A stretch of DNA of 64,000 nucleotides from assembly GCA_963713615.1 (NCBI GenBank), contig CAVQMM010000001.1:864001-928000 (forward strand), in the 5' to 3' direction. Position numbers and translations under genes: made by a program. The stretch is from an uncultured Chlamydiae bacterium (lineage in GTDB: Bacteria > Chlamydiota > Chlamydiia > Chlamydiales > JAJFMA01). Shown piece after piece: positions 1 through 8,964 of the stretch. The notes under the pieces are model-generated. The model did no database searches. It was not told where the DNA came from and saw nothing but the letters and a program-made list of their open reading frames with translations. The first letter of the stretch is position 1, and each line of letters opens with the position of its first letter.

Positions 1-597
1 GGCATCGGATTCAGTGATTAGAGCGGCAAAAACCTCAGACTTAACGGTAACAGCCGCAACGCCAATCTGAGCGCAACGAACAACATCGTCTGGCGAGCGC
101 AGTGATGCTGCCAAGATGCTGGCTGGAAATGCGTATTTTTGCAGGATGCACTGCATCTGTTGTAGTACATGGAAAGGGTCTTCACCAACATAATCGTGAA
201 TCCCACGCAGGTAGGGCGCGAGATAGTTCGCTCCGGCCATAGCGGCTACTAACACCTGCCTGGGATGAAAGATAGCTGTGGCCATCACGGGGATGTTGGC
301 CTTTTTGAGCTGGTGAATTGTCTGCAAACCTTCTGTGGTCACAGGTACTTTAATAATCAAACGATGAGAAAAGGCATAAAGTCTCTGAGCTTGCATCACC
401 TGACCTGTGGTAAATTCGGAGGTCACCTGTACGGCTACTGGCCCAGGTTGAAGCTCTAGAAGCTCTTCTAAAATACTGTCAAGGTGATGTTTTGAATGAG
501 ATAATAGGGATGGATTCGTAGTCACACCGTGGAGTAAACCTAGCGCATAGGCCTTGGTTATGGTATCAGCGTCTAGCGTGTCGAGCCATAATTCCAT
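1..597 (-). CDS. Transaldolase / fructose-6-phosphate aldolase (FSA/TalC type), runs off the window start
   Basis: Not in the ORF track. My translation from ATG 597 gives MELWLDTLDADTITKAYALGLLHGVTTNPSLL; GVTTNPS is the family signature. GGAGG RBS upstream. Confidence 0.9.
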   Translation of the reverse strand, partial: MELWLDTLDADTITKAYALGLLHGVTTNPSLLSHSKHHLDSILEELLELQPGPVAVQVTSEFTTGQVMQAQRLYAFSHRLIIKVPVTTEGLQTIHQLKKANIPVMATAIFHPRQVLVAAMAGANYLAPYLRGIHDYVGEDPFHVLQQMQCILQKYAFPASILAASLRSPDDVVRCAQIGVAAVTVKSEVFAALITESDA

Positions 598-671
598 CGA
601 AGTCCCCTCCGTCATCGTTTAAAACGTCAACTTTACGCAACCCTGCAGCCATTGTCAATATGGGTACGGTA

Positions 672-761
672 TAGCAACGGTTCGAGCGATTTTTAGGAGT
701 AACACGGATACACACGGATCTAGGAGGATTTACTCCTAAAAAACGACACGAACCGTTGCTA
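672..761. repeat. Palindromic MITE-like repeat, family E (short copy)
   Basis: Inverted ends tagcaacggttcg..tttttaggagtaa / ttactcctaaaaaacgacacgaaccgttgcta, with internal aacacggatacacacggat. Longer copy at 20574-20787. Confidence 0.8.
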
Positions 762-2936
762 CGATTTTACGCGAGCTTTACCTTTAGCTAGCTCAGTGCT
801 ATAGAAGGCCGCAACTTTCTCAAGGCCAGGAACGTCTGCCCGACTCATATAGTCAAACGAGTGGAATTTCGGTTCTTCATGCCGTTTAAGAATTTTTATG
901 TTGTTCTCAAGTGTTTTAAGGGCATTGCGGAGTTCGAAATCGCTCATATCGCTAACCTGTTTTTGGAGATCGTCGGCTTCCAAACCTGGCATCTCATCTA
1001 GAAGATCCCAATCCTTGCCAACCTGCATAGCTTGAACAAAATCGTCCGTGTTTGACTTTGCAGATGCTATCTTCGCGGCTGGGTCAGCATGTCCTGAATT
1101 GGTGAGTTGCTTTTGGATTTCACCCAGCAACATCGGCAGTCTCATGACATATGTTGAATGGGCGGTAGCCGCATCCTTATTGGTCAAAGTCTTAGCTAGA
1201 TCGTTTGGTGACTTACCGACTTCTGCAGCTAAATTTTGAAACCAAGGTTCAGACACCTGCTGGCTAGTCCAGTTTTGCTTCCCTTTTGTACGCTTTGCAT
1301 CGGCTTTCTCGAGCAACTCAGAGTGATCTCCGATGTCACTTGCTACACGTATGTAATCACTAAATTTCGAAGATTCAGCTCCGAAGGTTCTCTCTATCGT
1401 AGCAGCCGCAGCATAGTAGTCTCCCTTAGCGAGATGGCCTTCTATCTCCGCCATACTGTCCGCCATCTCAGTCTCAAATTTATTAGCTTCTTCCAGTAAC
1501 TCTATGGTTTTCTCAAGTTCCTCTTCATCCAGCCCATGAACCCCTTGATGTTTGAGAATTTCCAATTTCACATGAACATTTGTTTGATGATTATGCGGTA
1601 CGGCAACAGCTTCCATCATAGCCCCATGCAGTCCTTTTGCTCGGAGTAGAGCTTTGTTTGCCGCCGCAGCCTCTACCCCTTCTCCGGCACTTTTTAAGAT
1701 CGCATCGGCTTCTTTCAAGTCACTAGTTGAAGCTCTGTTTATCAATGCCTGAGCGAATTCAATTTTCTGCTCTGGTGGTGATTGGTCTGTTATGGCGCCT
1801 CTTAAATTTTCTATCTGTGCAGATAAAGTGCTTAGTCGAACCTGACTCTGAGCTTGTGCAGCCTGTAAAGCTTCAGCCTGTGCAGCAGCTGCTTGGGCTT
1901 GTGCTGCCTGTTGCGCAGCTTCTACAGCAACTCTAGATTCCTCAGCTAGTTTTTTTAATCCTGTCTCTAATCTGTAGGTAGCGATAACCGAGGGGAATTC
2001 CTCAACCTCTACACTTATCTTTTTAAGATTCTCCTGCATCTCATTGCTAATCTTTTCTGCAAGGTCCAAATCTCCGTTCTCCACGGCAAATTTAACGTTT
2101 TTATTGTCCTTGTTAAAGCCTTTCACTGCTTCCTCAGCCGCAATGCTCACCTGAACTTGTTTGATTTTAAACTCGAGGGTATTCAACTCTTTTGTAGCCA
2201 AGGGATTATTTATTGATCGTTCCCGCAACTTGTTGAGCTTTTCGCCTAAGAGCCGTAGTTTCTCAGGGGTATTTTCATCAGGCTTATAATTTACTTCATT
2301 TTCCACAGCCTTTTTTAACTCATGAACTTCAACAGCTTCAGCACCGCTTTGCGCTATTGCCTTCAATTTTTCTAATCCCTCGGTAGCTTCATTCGAGGGA
2401 TAGCTCTTTGCCTTCTCTTCCCATTTGGAAATCTGCTTGTTCATGTTCGCAAGAATTTGCTTTGCTTCTTTTGGGTTGTTGTTTGTAATTGCCGATTCTA
2501 GCTTCACAGCATCCTTGTCGAAAGTTTTCTTCAGATTTGAAATTTGGTCCTGTACCCACATCGTGCTGGTAGAGTCTGACCCATGGCTCGCTGGGATCGC
2601 AGCCATCGCTAATGCACCTGTTGCTCTTAGAGTAGCTGTGACAGCATTGCCTAAACGTCCTGTCCAACGCGAGACTTTCTTGCCAAGTTTCGAACCTTTG
2701 TTAGACGAATCCGATTGCTCTAGATGTTTGGATTTATCGATTTTTTCTTCAGTCCCTTGCGACTTCGCCGGGGGACCTTTGCGGACACTTTCCCCCCCCA
2801 CAGCGTGACCCTTTTTTTCAACGCCCTGCTTATTTTGAGCGGCAGGCTGGTTCTGTATAGATTCAAGCTGGGACTGGTCAAGCGGTTTATTGTCAGCTTT
2901 TTCAAACATATACACCTCGCTATGCTGTTTAATCAT
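759..2936 (-). CDS. Hypothetical coiled-coil protein, candidate secreted effector
   Basis: 725-aa ORF with a polar low-complexity N-terminus, one moderately hydrophobic segment and long A/E/K/Q-rich helices. No recognised domain. Confidence 0.6.
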   Translation of the reverse strand: MIKQHSEVYMFEKADNKPLDQSQLESIQNQPAAQNKQGVEKKGHAVGGESVRKGPPAKSQGTEEKIDKSKHLEQSDSSNKGSKLGKKVSRWTGRLGNAVTATLRATGALAMAAIPASHGSDSTSTMWVQDQISNLKKTFDKDAVKLESAITNNNPKEAKQILANMNKQISKWEEKAKSYPSNEATEGLEKLKAIAQSGAEAVEVHELKKAVENEVNYKPDENTPEKLRLLGEKLNKLRERSINNPLATKELNTLEFKIKQVQVSIAAEEAVKGFNKDNKNVKFAVENGDLDLAEKISNEMQENLKKISVEVEEFPSVIATYRLETGLKKLAEESRVAVEAAQQAAQAQAAAAQAEALQAAQAQSQVRLSTLSAQIENLRGAITDQSPPEQKIEFAQALINRASTSDLKEADAILKSAGEGVEAAAANKALLRAKGLHGAMMEAVAVPHNHQTNVHVKLEILKHQGVHGLDEEELEKTIELLEEANKFETEMADSMAEIEGHLAKGDYYAAAATIERTFGAESSKFSDYIRVASDIGDHSELLEKADAKRTKGKQNWTSQQVSEPWFQNLAAEVGKSPNDLAKTLTNKDAATAHSTYVMRLPMLLGEIQKQLTNSGHADPAAKIASAKSNTDDFVQAMQVGKDWDLLDEMPGLEADDLQKQVSDMSDFELRNALKTLENNIKILKRHEEPKFHSFDYMSRADVPGLEKVAAFYSTELAKGKARVKS

Positions 2937-3519
2937 TATAATTCATTATATCAACTTGTTGTTTAGAATTGTAAATAATTAATTGCAGTTAACTTAAACA
3001 ACTAAATTGATGAGAGAATTCTTGTAAAAAATTGGGGGTATATCGCATGGCTATGGGCGAACTGGACTAATTGAGGTCGTTGCAGAAGTATTTGGGCTCT
3101 CATGGATCGATTCTTTGGAAAAAAAATCACTTTTTTTTGTGAGAAGGCGATTCTGGAGAGCTTAGGTGGTATGGCACTATCCAGTCTGGAAAGACAGGTT
3201 TTTCTCCCTTCCCAGGCCCGAAGGGTCGATATGGCAACAGGCCATGGCATCGCCATAGTATATGCCAGGAAGGGATTTCGCAGTCTGAAGGACTGCTACA
3301 AGACGCCAGTTTACGAACACCATTTATGCATGCGCTTTATGGCAGCCCGACAGGCTGCTAAAACCGTTTTGGCATATACCATGGCGATGCCACATAGGCC
3401 TCAACCTAAGCCTAACAATCGTATCTCGGCGCGCAGCGCTTTGGAGTGCGGTCGCTTGCGACGTAAGCGTCAATTGAAGCCACCTTTTTCGTAATTCCGC
3501 GAGGTTCTAAGTTTTCTCC

Positions 3520-4101
3520 ATGACCCTAACCATGGAGATACTAATGGATTTCAAAAGGAAGCGTTCTGAGTGGGCTCGACGCATAGACCAATGGATGGCG
3601 AGCGGTCAGAGTGGCCGCAGGTGGTGCCTAGAGAACAATATAAGCTACCAGCAGCTCTTGTACTGGTACCAACGCTTTAAAGTTAGCCCGCCCGACCACA
3701 TTTCCTCGACGGGTTGGATAGACATTACCCTGCCCGAGCTCAAGCTTTCGCTTGATCAGAAGAGCGTCTATCTAACCCTAAAGTCTGCGAGCAAAACTCT
3801 GAGGTCGTCATATCAGAAAAACAAGGGTGTCTTTCTCTATCAAGAGCCGATCGATATGCGAAAGGGATTTGAGTGCTTGAGCAATCTTGTTGACAGTTCG
3901 TTCTCGGGCGAATTTACCTGCGGGGCCTACTTCGTTTTTTTAAATCGTCGTAGAAATCTAGTGAAGGTCTTTTACTGGGATGGTAATGGTCATGCCGTCT
4001 GGTACAAGCGACTTGAAAAAGGAAGTTTTCGCAATGGAAGCATTCCAGATTCCGCTATCGATCGTCGAGAATTTCTAATGTTGTTGGAGAGTAGTCATTG
4101 A
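3520..4101 (+). CDS. IS66 TnpA-TnpB fusion accessory protein
   Basis: N-terminal TnpA-type HTH (WMASGQSGRRWCLENNISYQQLLYW) in frame with TnpB motifs (IDMRKGF, FVFLNRRRNLVKVFYWDGNG, YKRLEKGSF). Confidence 0.85.
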   Translation: MTLTMEILMDFKRKRSEWARRIDQWMASGQSGRRWCLENNISYQQLLYWYQRFKVSPPDHISSTGWIDITLPELKLSLDQKSVYLTLKSASKTLRSSYQKNKGVFLYQEPIDMRKGFECLSNLVDSSFSGEFTCGAYFVFLNRRRNLVKVFYWDGNGHAVWYKRLEKGSFRNGSIPDSAIDRREFLMLLESSH

Positions 4102-4145
4102 GCCTAAAATCCTAAAAACAATGTGCATTTTATTAGATAAAATAC

Positions 4146-4174
4146 TTGATAATAGAGGGGGTCTGTGATATGAT
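4146..4174 (+). promoter_or_regulatory. Putative sigma70-type promoter for tnpC
   Basis: TTGATA-17 bp-TATGAT with an extended TG, about 10 bp upstream of the tnpC ATG. Confidence 0.45.
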
Positions 4175-4183
4175 TTAGAGCAT

Positions 4184-5728
4184 ATGGAAACCTCAACACT
4201 ATCACTAGAACAGCTTCAATCGGAAATTTATTCCCTGCGAAATGAGAATAGCTTTCTCAAGGAGCAGCTTGAATGGTTTAGGCGTCAGATTTTTGGGAAA
4301 CGTTCGGAAAAAGTAGTCGACGATGGCGGTCAACAACTCTACCTGGAAGGTTTCGAAAATCTTGGTTCCGAAGAGCAAAAAGAGACAATAAATGTGCCTG
4401 CTCATCGACGGGTTAAGCAGGGGCGCAATGGCAAAGATAAAATTACGCTTCCAGACAATATTCCCGTTCAACGCTGTATTTTAGATTTGCCAGAGGATCA
4501 AAAAGTTTGCCCTACAACGGGTGAAGCCCTCGTCAAAATTGGCGAAGAAGTCACTCACAAAATAGCGCATACGCCAGGTAGCTACTACGTCAAGGAGCTA
4601 GTACGTCCCAAGTATGCATGTAGAGCACATAGTGAAGAGGGCGTTTTTATCGCAGATTTACCAGATAGCATTTTTCCTCGCTGTCAAGCCGATGAGAGTC
4701 TTTTAGCCAGTGTGATCGTGAAAAAATTCGCCGATCACCTTCCTTTATTTCGTCAATCGGAAATCTTAGCTCGCGAGGGCATTCTCATCAGCCGACAAAT
4801 ACTTTGCAAGTGGGTAATGCGCTGTGGATATGCCTTAAAGGCGCTATATGAAGAAATGATTGCTCGCGTGCTCAGCAGCAACAATGTTTTTGTGGACGAA
4901 TCTCCTGTGGACATGCTTGTCCCTGGTAAGGGAAAGGTGCACCAGGCTTTTATGTGGGTGATCGTTGGAGGGCAGGAAAAAAATCCGCCTTATCGAGTCT
5001 ATCATTTTCGCACGGACCGCTGCCACAAGCATGCTGTGGAAATACTAGCTGGATATAAAGGTGTTGTCCATTCGGATAAATATGGAGCCTATGAAGCACT
5101 GGCTAATAAGAAGCAATTCACTTGGTGTCCATGCTGGAGTCACATTCGGCGCAAGTTTTTCGACGCTGTAGGTGGCGATAAAAAATTTGTTAGCTGGGTA
5201 CTGCGCAAGATAAAATATCTATTTATGTTAGAGAGAGTTGCTTGGGAACGTTCTCCAGAGGAACGTCTGCGGATAAGACAAGAGAAAGAAGCTCCAATAA
5301 TAGATGAGCTGACTGCACGCATCAAGGACCGGCTGGTTAATGGCAAGGCTCTTCCCAAATCGAATCTAAGGGAGGCTCTAGGCTATTATTGCAGCTTAAT
5401 TCCCCATCTGAAAAACTACACCCAACATGCATTTGCGCGTCTCGACAACAATGTAGCGGAGCGAGCGATACGCCCTCTAGCTATTGGCCGCAAGAACTGG
5501 ATGTTTATTGGAAGCGAGGAGGGTGGGGAAGCTTCCGCCGTACTGCTAAGCCTGGTACAGACCTGCCGCGCGATAGGAGTCAACCCCCACGAATACCTAG
5601 AGGATGTGATGAGGCGCCTGCCAGCCCATAATTCTCAAAAACTTCACGAGCTTCTGCCCGACGCTTGGGCTGCCGCCAGGCGACAAGCAAAGGCCTCATC
5701 CACCTCATCAGCCCCCACTGCCGAATAA
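4184..5728 (+). CDS. tnpC: IS66 transposase TnpC (DDE)
   Basis: FGKRSEK leucine-zipper end, zinc-finger region, KFADHLPLFRQ, DES, HSDKY, CWSHIRRKF, DNNVAERAIR motifs. Confidence 0.97.
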   Translation: METSTLSLEQLQSEIYSLRNENSFLKEQLEWFRRQIFGKRSEKVVDDGGQQLYLEGFENLGSEEQKETINVPAHRRVKQGRNGKDKITLPDNIPVQRCILDLPEDQKVCPTTGEALVKIGEEVTHKIAHTPGSYYVKELVRPKYACRAHSEEGVFIADLPDSIFPRCQADESLLASVIVKKFADHLPLFRQSEILAREGILISRQILCKWVMRCGYALKALYEEMIARVLSSNNVFVDESPVDMLVPGKGKVHQAFMWVIVGGQEKNPPYRVYHFRTDRCHKHAVEILAGYKGVVHSDKYGAYEALANKKQFTWCPCWSHIRRKFFDAVGGDKKFVSWVLRKIKYLFMLERVAWERSPEERLRIRQEKEAPIIDELTARIKDRLVNGKALPKSNLREALGYYCSLIPHLKNYTQHAFARLDNNVAERAIRPLAIGRKNWMFIGSEEGGEASAVLLSLVQTCRAIGVNPHEYLEDVMRRLPAHNSQKLHELLPDAWAAARRQAKASSTSSAPTAE

Positions 5729-6216
5729 ATCGCCAGATGGCCTCAATTGACGCTTACCTTGCGACCGCTTTGGGTTCCTTGCGACGGTCGTGTGCAACGG
5801 CATCACTATAATTCCCTAAGGGTAAAATAGTTAGTACATGCAGCCTTCGACGAATCCATACAATGCCGTTTAGCATTGCCGTCCCAAGGAACGAAAAGCG
5901 GTCGCAAGCGACCGCACTCCAAAGCGCTGCGCGCCGAGATACGATTGTGAAGTCCTAAGTCATTGAGATATAAGCTCAAAAGACCTGTTAGGTTGAGGCC
6001 TATGTGGCGATGCCATGGCCTGTTGCCATATCGACCCTTCGGGCCTAGGAAGGGAAAGACTCTCTCTTCACCGGCATCCGATTTTCAGGAAATTGACTTC
6101 GGAAAATCGGACTTTTGCAATTACCTCAATTAGTCCAGTTCGTCCATGGAGGACTTTAGGATATTGGCGACGCAGTCAGTTGGAGCTCCAAAGCTCCCTA
6201 GTTCTTCAGAAGAACC

Positions 6217-6254
6217 AAAAAAAGCCCTAAATCATCAAAGACGATTTAGGGCTT
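6217..6254 (-). terminator. Intrinsic terminator of the 6296-6802 gene
   Basis: 12-bp stem aagccctaaatc/gatttagggctt followed by a T run on the minus strand. Confidence 0.7.
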
Positions 6255-6295
6255 ATACCTCGCGTGGTATAAAATCGTGAGATCTGCCGGCAAGC

Positions 6296-6802
6296 TTACT
6301 TTACGCTGTAGTGAACGACACGCCAACGTCCGCCACATGCACAGTCAGCTTCACAACGCACACCGACGCTTTCGCATACAGGGTCGCCGCATTCAAAACA
6401 GGTATGATAGGTCACCCAAGAGTATTGTCCTTCGGGCATGTTAGGGACTTCACAACAGTATTCGCTATCTACTAATTCGCGAGAGACAACTTTTCCTCGG
6501 CATTTGCGCTTTTCAGACAAGTGCTTTTGCCATTTACATACATCATGGCGACAGCGCACCACCTCGGAAGCTGCAATCCAGCTCTGACGGTAGTCGCCAC
6601 TATCCACTAAGCGCAACCAAGCCTGAACAGCGCTTTGCACATGGCAATCCTGGCCCAGACCTTCACAACTTACACGCTTTGCTGGTGTTTTAGCAGGAGT
6701 TACTACGGGCTTTGTCGCTTGAGCTGCCAAATCATCAGCAAACACCCCAGCCAACATCGCTAAGCATAGCCCAATTACAATACTTTTTTTCATGAATGTC
6801 AT
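6296..6802 (-). CDS. Exported cysteine-rich DUF4019-like protein
   Basis: Signal peptide; AWLRLVDSGDYRQSW, GKVVSR, PEGQY and WRVVHY pattern resembles DUF4019; 14 Cys. Confidence 0.7.
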   Translation of the reverse strand: MTFMKKSIVIGLCLAMLAGVFADDLAAQATKPVVTPAKTPAKRVSCEGLGQDCHVQSAVQAWLRLVDSGDYRQSWIAASEVVRCRHDVCKWQKHLSEKRKCRGKVVSRELVDSEYCCEVPNMPEGQYSWVTYHTCFECGDPVCESVGVRCEADCACGGRWRVVHYSVK

Positions 6803-7068
6803 CCCCTAATAGTGTAGCACGGGACCCCTTGCCCGCTAGCCTCATTTGGCCGGGATCATATCAACTCATTTTTTTGTTCCCAAAGATTTTCCTTACATTT
6901 TCTACGAAAGTTTGAAATAGTTTATACCATGCGGTAACCGTTCGCGGGCTCGGGCTCGGATTCCAAGTATTTAGTTGAATTATTAAATGGTTTATCTTTA
7001 AAATTATATTGTAATAGACAATATATTATTGAATGTCAAAAACATCAATCAATTAAGTAAACAGGAAT

Positions 7069-7671
7069 GTGAAAATGAAAAAATTCATTATTGTTGGATT
7101 ATGCGCATTAAGCTATGTAATTCCTTGGGGGGCTTATGCTGCATCAGCGGAACCGGTACAAAGCTGGCCTGTTTCATTCGAAACGCTATCCTATCATGTG
7201 AATGCCATATTTCCTGTTCCTTCACGAGAAGCCAAACAAGCTAATTCAGCAAATCACTTCTATATGGCGCAAGCTCAGTCTGAGCCGAACAGTCTTGGGC
7301 ACCGTCTAAAAGAAACCTTTAGTTTGGTATACCAAGAGACCTCTGCGATCGCGACATCAGGTGATTCTTTAAAGGCCAAAGATGTGGCTGACCAGTTTGT
7401 AGCATCCCTCAAAGCTCATAAGGAAGTTCAATTCAAAGAAATACCAGTCACCCATGCGTACAAGGATAGCACCCTAAACCAACAGTACAGGATTCTAGAA
7501 GTCACAGAAAGCGGTCGAACCGACTATTATCTCATGCGTGTGGTGATGACTAGCGAAGGCATTGTGGTGGCCATCCAAACGATTCAAAAGGACGAAAAAG
7601 CTCCTTTGGACTGGCAATCAGCCGACCTTTGGGCCTTCATTGACTCCGTCAAGTTTGTGAAGGAAGGCTAG
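7069..7671 (+). CDS. Hypothetical exported protein
   Basis: 200-aa ORF with signal peptide MKKFIIVGLCALSY...AYA (likely ATG 7075). Confidence 0.65.
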   Translation: MKMKKFIIVGLCALSYVIPWGAYAASAEPVQSWPVSFETLSYHVNAIFPVPSREAKQANSANHFYMAQAQSEPNSLGHRLKETFSLVYQETSAIATSGDSLKAKDVADQFVASLKAHKEVQFKEIPVTHAYKDSTLNQQYRILEVTESGRTDYYLMRVVMTSEGIVVAIQTIQKDEKAPLDWQSADLWAFIDSVKFVKEG

Positions 7672-8360
7672 AACGTATAGCCTATTCCTACGCGAAGACC
7701 TGCAGCGCGGAAGCCGTGCAGTTCCTGACTAAGCATGCGGTTGTAAGCACCGGCCATATTGACCGACCAAGTGGGGGTAAAGTAGTAGTCAACCATAAGC
7801 GAATAGCTAGGACCACTACTCTTGCCCTTGCTGTTTCCGATAACCTCTAGATCAGTTCTAGTATTTGCCCAGCCATATTGCATGGACCCCGATACTAACC
7901 AACGTGGAGAAATGGTCCAGTAGGCCTCTAACCCCACATAGGGGGTGGTACCCCAGGTTTTTTGTCGAAGATCCGTGAGACCAAAAGCTGGGATATTGGT
8001 GTGCGTGGTCAGACGGCTATACATGACACCTACAATCCCCGCTAGGGTTAGGCTATCACAGACAGGTATAGCCTGACCGACACCGAGCCCAGTTGTAAAA
8101 TAGCGCCCATCGCCGTCGGCAAAGGTCACGCTAGGTTTCAGTAGCAAACCGCATAGCCAGGGATGATCAGGGCATACTTGAAGGGTCGCATCAGCTCGGG
8201 CACCACCCATATTGAGAATCTGCGTAGTCTTGCCATAGTTAAGTACATGCATGTTGATATAGACGGGACCGACATCAACTTTGTTCGTGGCCTGTATTGA
8301 GGATGTCGCTAGAAGAGTCCATAAACTCATCCAAGCACGAAATACAAACTTACATGACAT
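7668..8360 (-). CDS. Outer-membrane beta-barrel protein
   Basis: Signal peptide, alternating amphipathic strands rich in G/Y, C-terminal beta signal LRVGIGYTF. Confidence 0.75.
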   Translation of the reverse strand: MSCKFVFRAWMSLWTLLATSSIQATNKVDVGPVYINMHVLNYGKTTQILNMGGARADATLQVCPDHPWLCGLLLKPSVTFADGDGRYFTTGLGVGQAIPVCDSLTLAGIVGVMYSRLTTHTNIPAFGLTDLRQKTWGTTPYVGLEAYWTISPRWLVSGSMQYGWANTRTDLEVIGNSKGKSSGPSYSLMVDYYFTPTWSVNMAGAYNRMLSQELHGFRAAGLRVGIGYTF

Positions 8361-8480
8361 GATCCCTCCTGGGTTGGAGGGTTATTATACCAAAGATGCG
8401 GATCCTGTGACAAGGATTAGAGCTTTTTAGACCATGTGCCTTTCAGACCCAAGTAACTCAAAAGGTTGGCTAGGCGCAAT

Positions 8481-8626
8481 TTCCTATGTGGCGCAGTCAT
8501 TCCATGGCATTCCATGACTGCGAAAACGGTTGAAACAGCTTCCGTTTGCATCACATGGGACGTTGTTTTGCACGTCTCCACAATTGCAACGGATTGCAGT
8601 CATGGAATGACTGCGCCACATAGGAA
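8481..8626. repeat. REP doublet (REPIN-like), family C
   Basis: Inverted ends ttcctatgtggcgcagtcattccatg / catggaatgactgcgccacataggaa. Copies at 16929-17070, 61542-61675, and split across 35901-35937 / 39097-39134. Confidence 0.85.
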
Positions 8627-8964
8627 GCCTTGTTACTTTAGGATATTGGCGACGCAGTCGGTTGGGGCTCCAAAGCGCTTCGCGCCGAGTGACGATTGTG
8701 ACTCCAAAGCGCAGCCCATCTATTCGATGGTTTGTGGAAGCAAAAAGCGCCCCCAATTCTTCCCAAGAACCAATAATTTTGCAATTGTCTCCTTTAGTCC
8801 TTTGGTCTAAGAACTAAAAAATATCATATTTATTAATTTAACTAATATTGTAAGTAAAATCTTTATTGCCTAAAATCTCGCGGCCTACTAATCTTTAGAA
8901 ATTTCAAGGATTCTTGTTGAAGAATTGGGAATCCTCACCATCACTTCAAAGCGCTTCGCATTGA

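Larger units (their letters stand above)
3463..5757 (+). mobile_element. IS66-family insertion sequence, 2295 bp
   Basis: TIRs GTAAGCGTCAATTGA(A/G)GCCA; 8-bp TSD CTTGCGAC at 3455-3462 and 5758-5765; tnpAB and tnpC ORFs inside. Confidence 0.97.
3393..6004. mobile_element. IS231(IS4)-like non-autonomous mini-element (309 bp when empty), interrupted by IS66
   Basis: TIRs CATAGGCCTCAACCTAA / TTAGGTTGAGGCCTATG; 11-bp TSD TGGCGATGCCA at 3382-3392 and 6005-6015. Intact copy at 62819-63127. Confidence 0.85.
3073..6127. mobile_element. Composite TIR-bounded repeat element (family B) containing nested insertions
   Basis: Ends gaggtcgttgcagaagt / acttttgcaattacctc, flanked by aatt on both sides. Internal inverted ggcccgaagggtcgata..caggccatggcatcgcc units. 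Related copies at 32664-32887 and 62696-63457. Confidence 0.8.

Noticed and set aside
3002..3494. Small ORFs over repeat elements (also 8466-8810, 23402-23776, 38641-39344, 45221-45607, 48682-49106, 63004-63430)
   Set aside because: They are translations of palindromic repeats (recurring SALECGRLRP / RSQATALQ) with no independent coding evidence.
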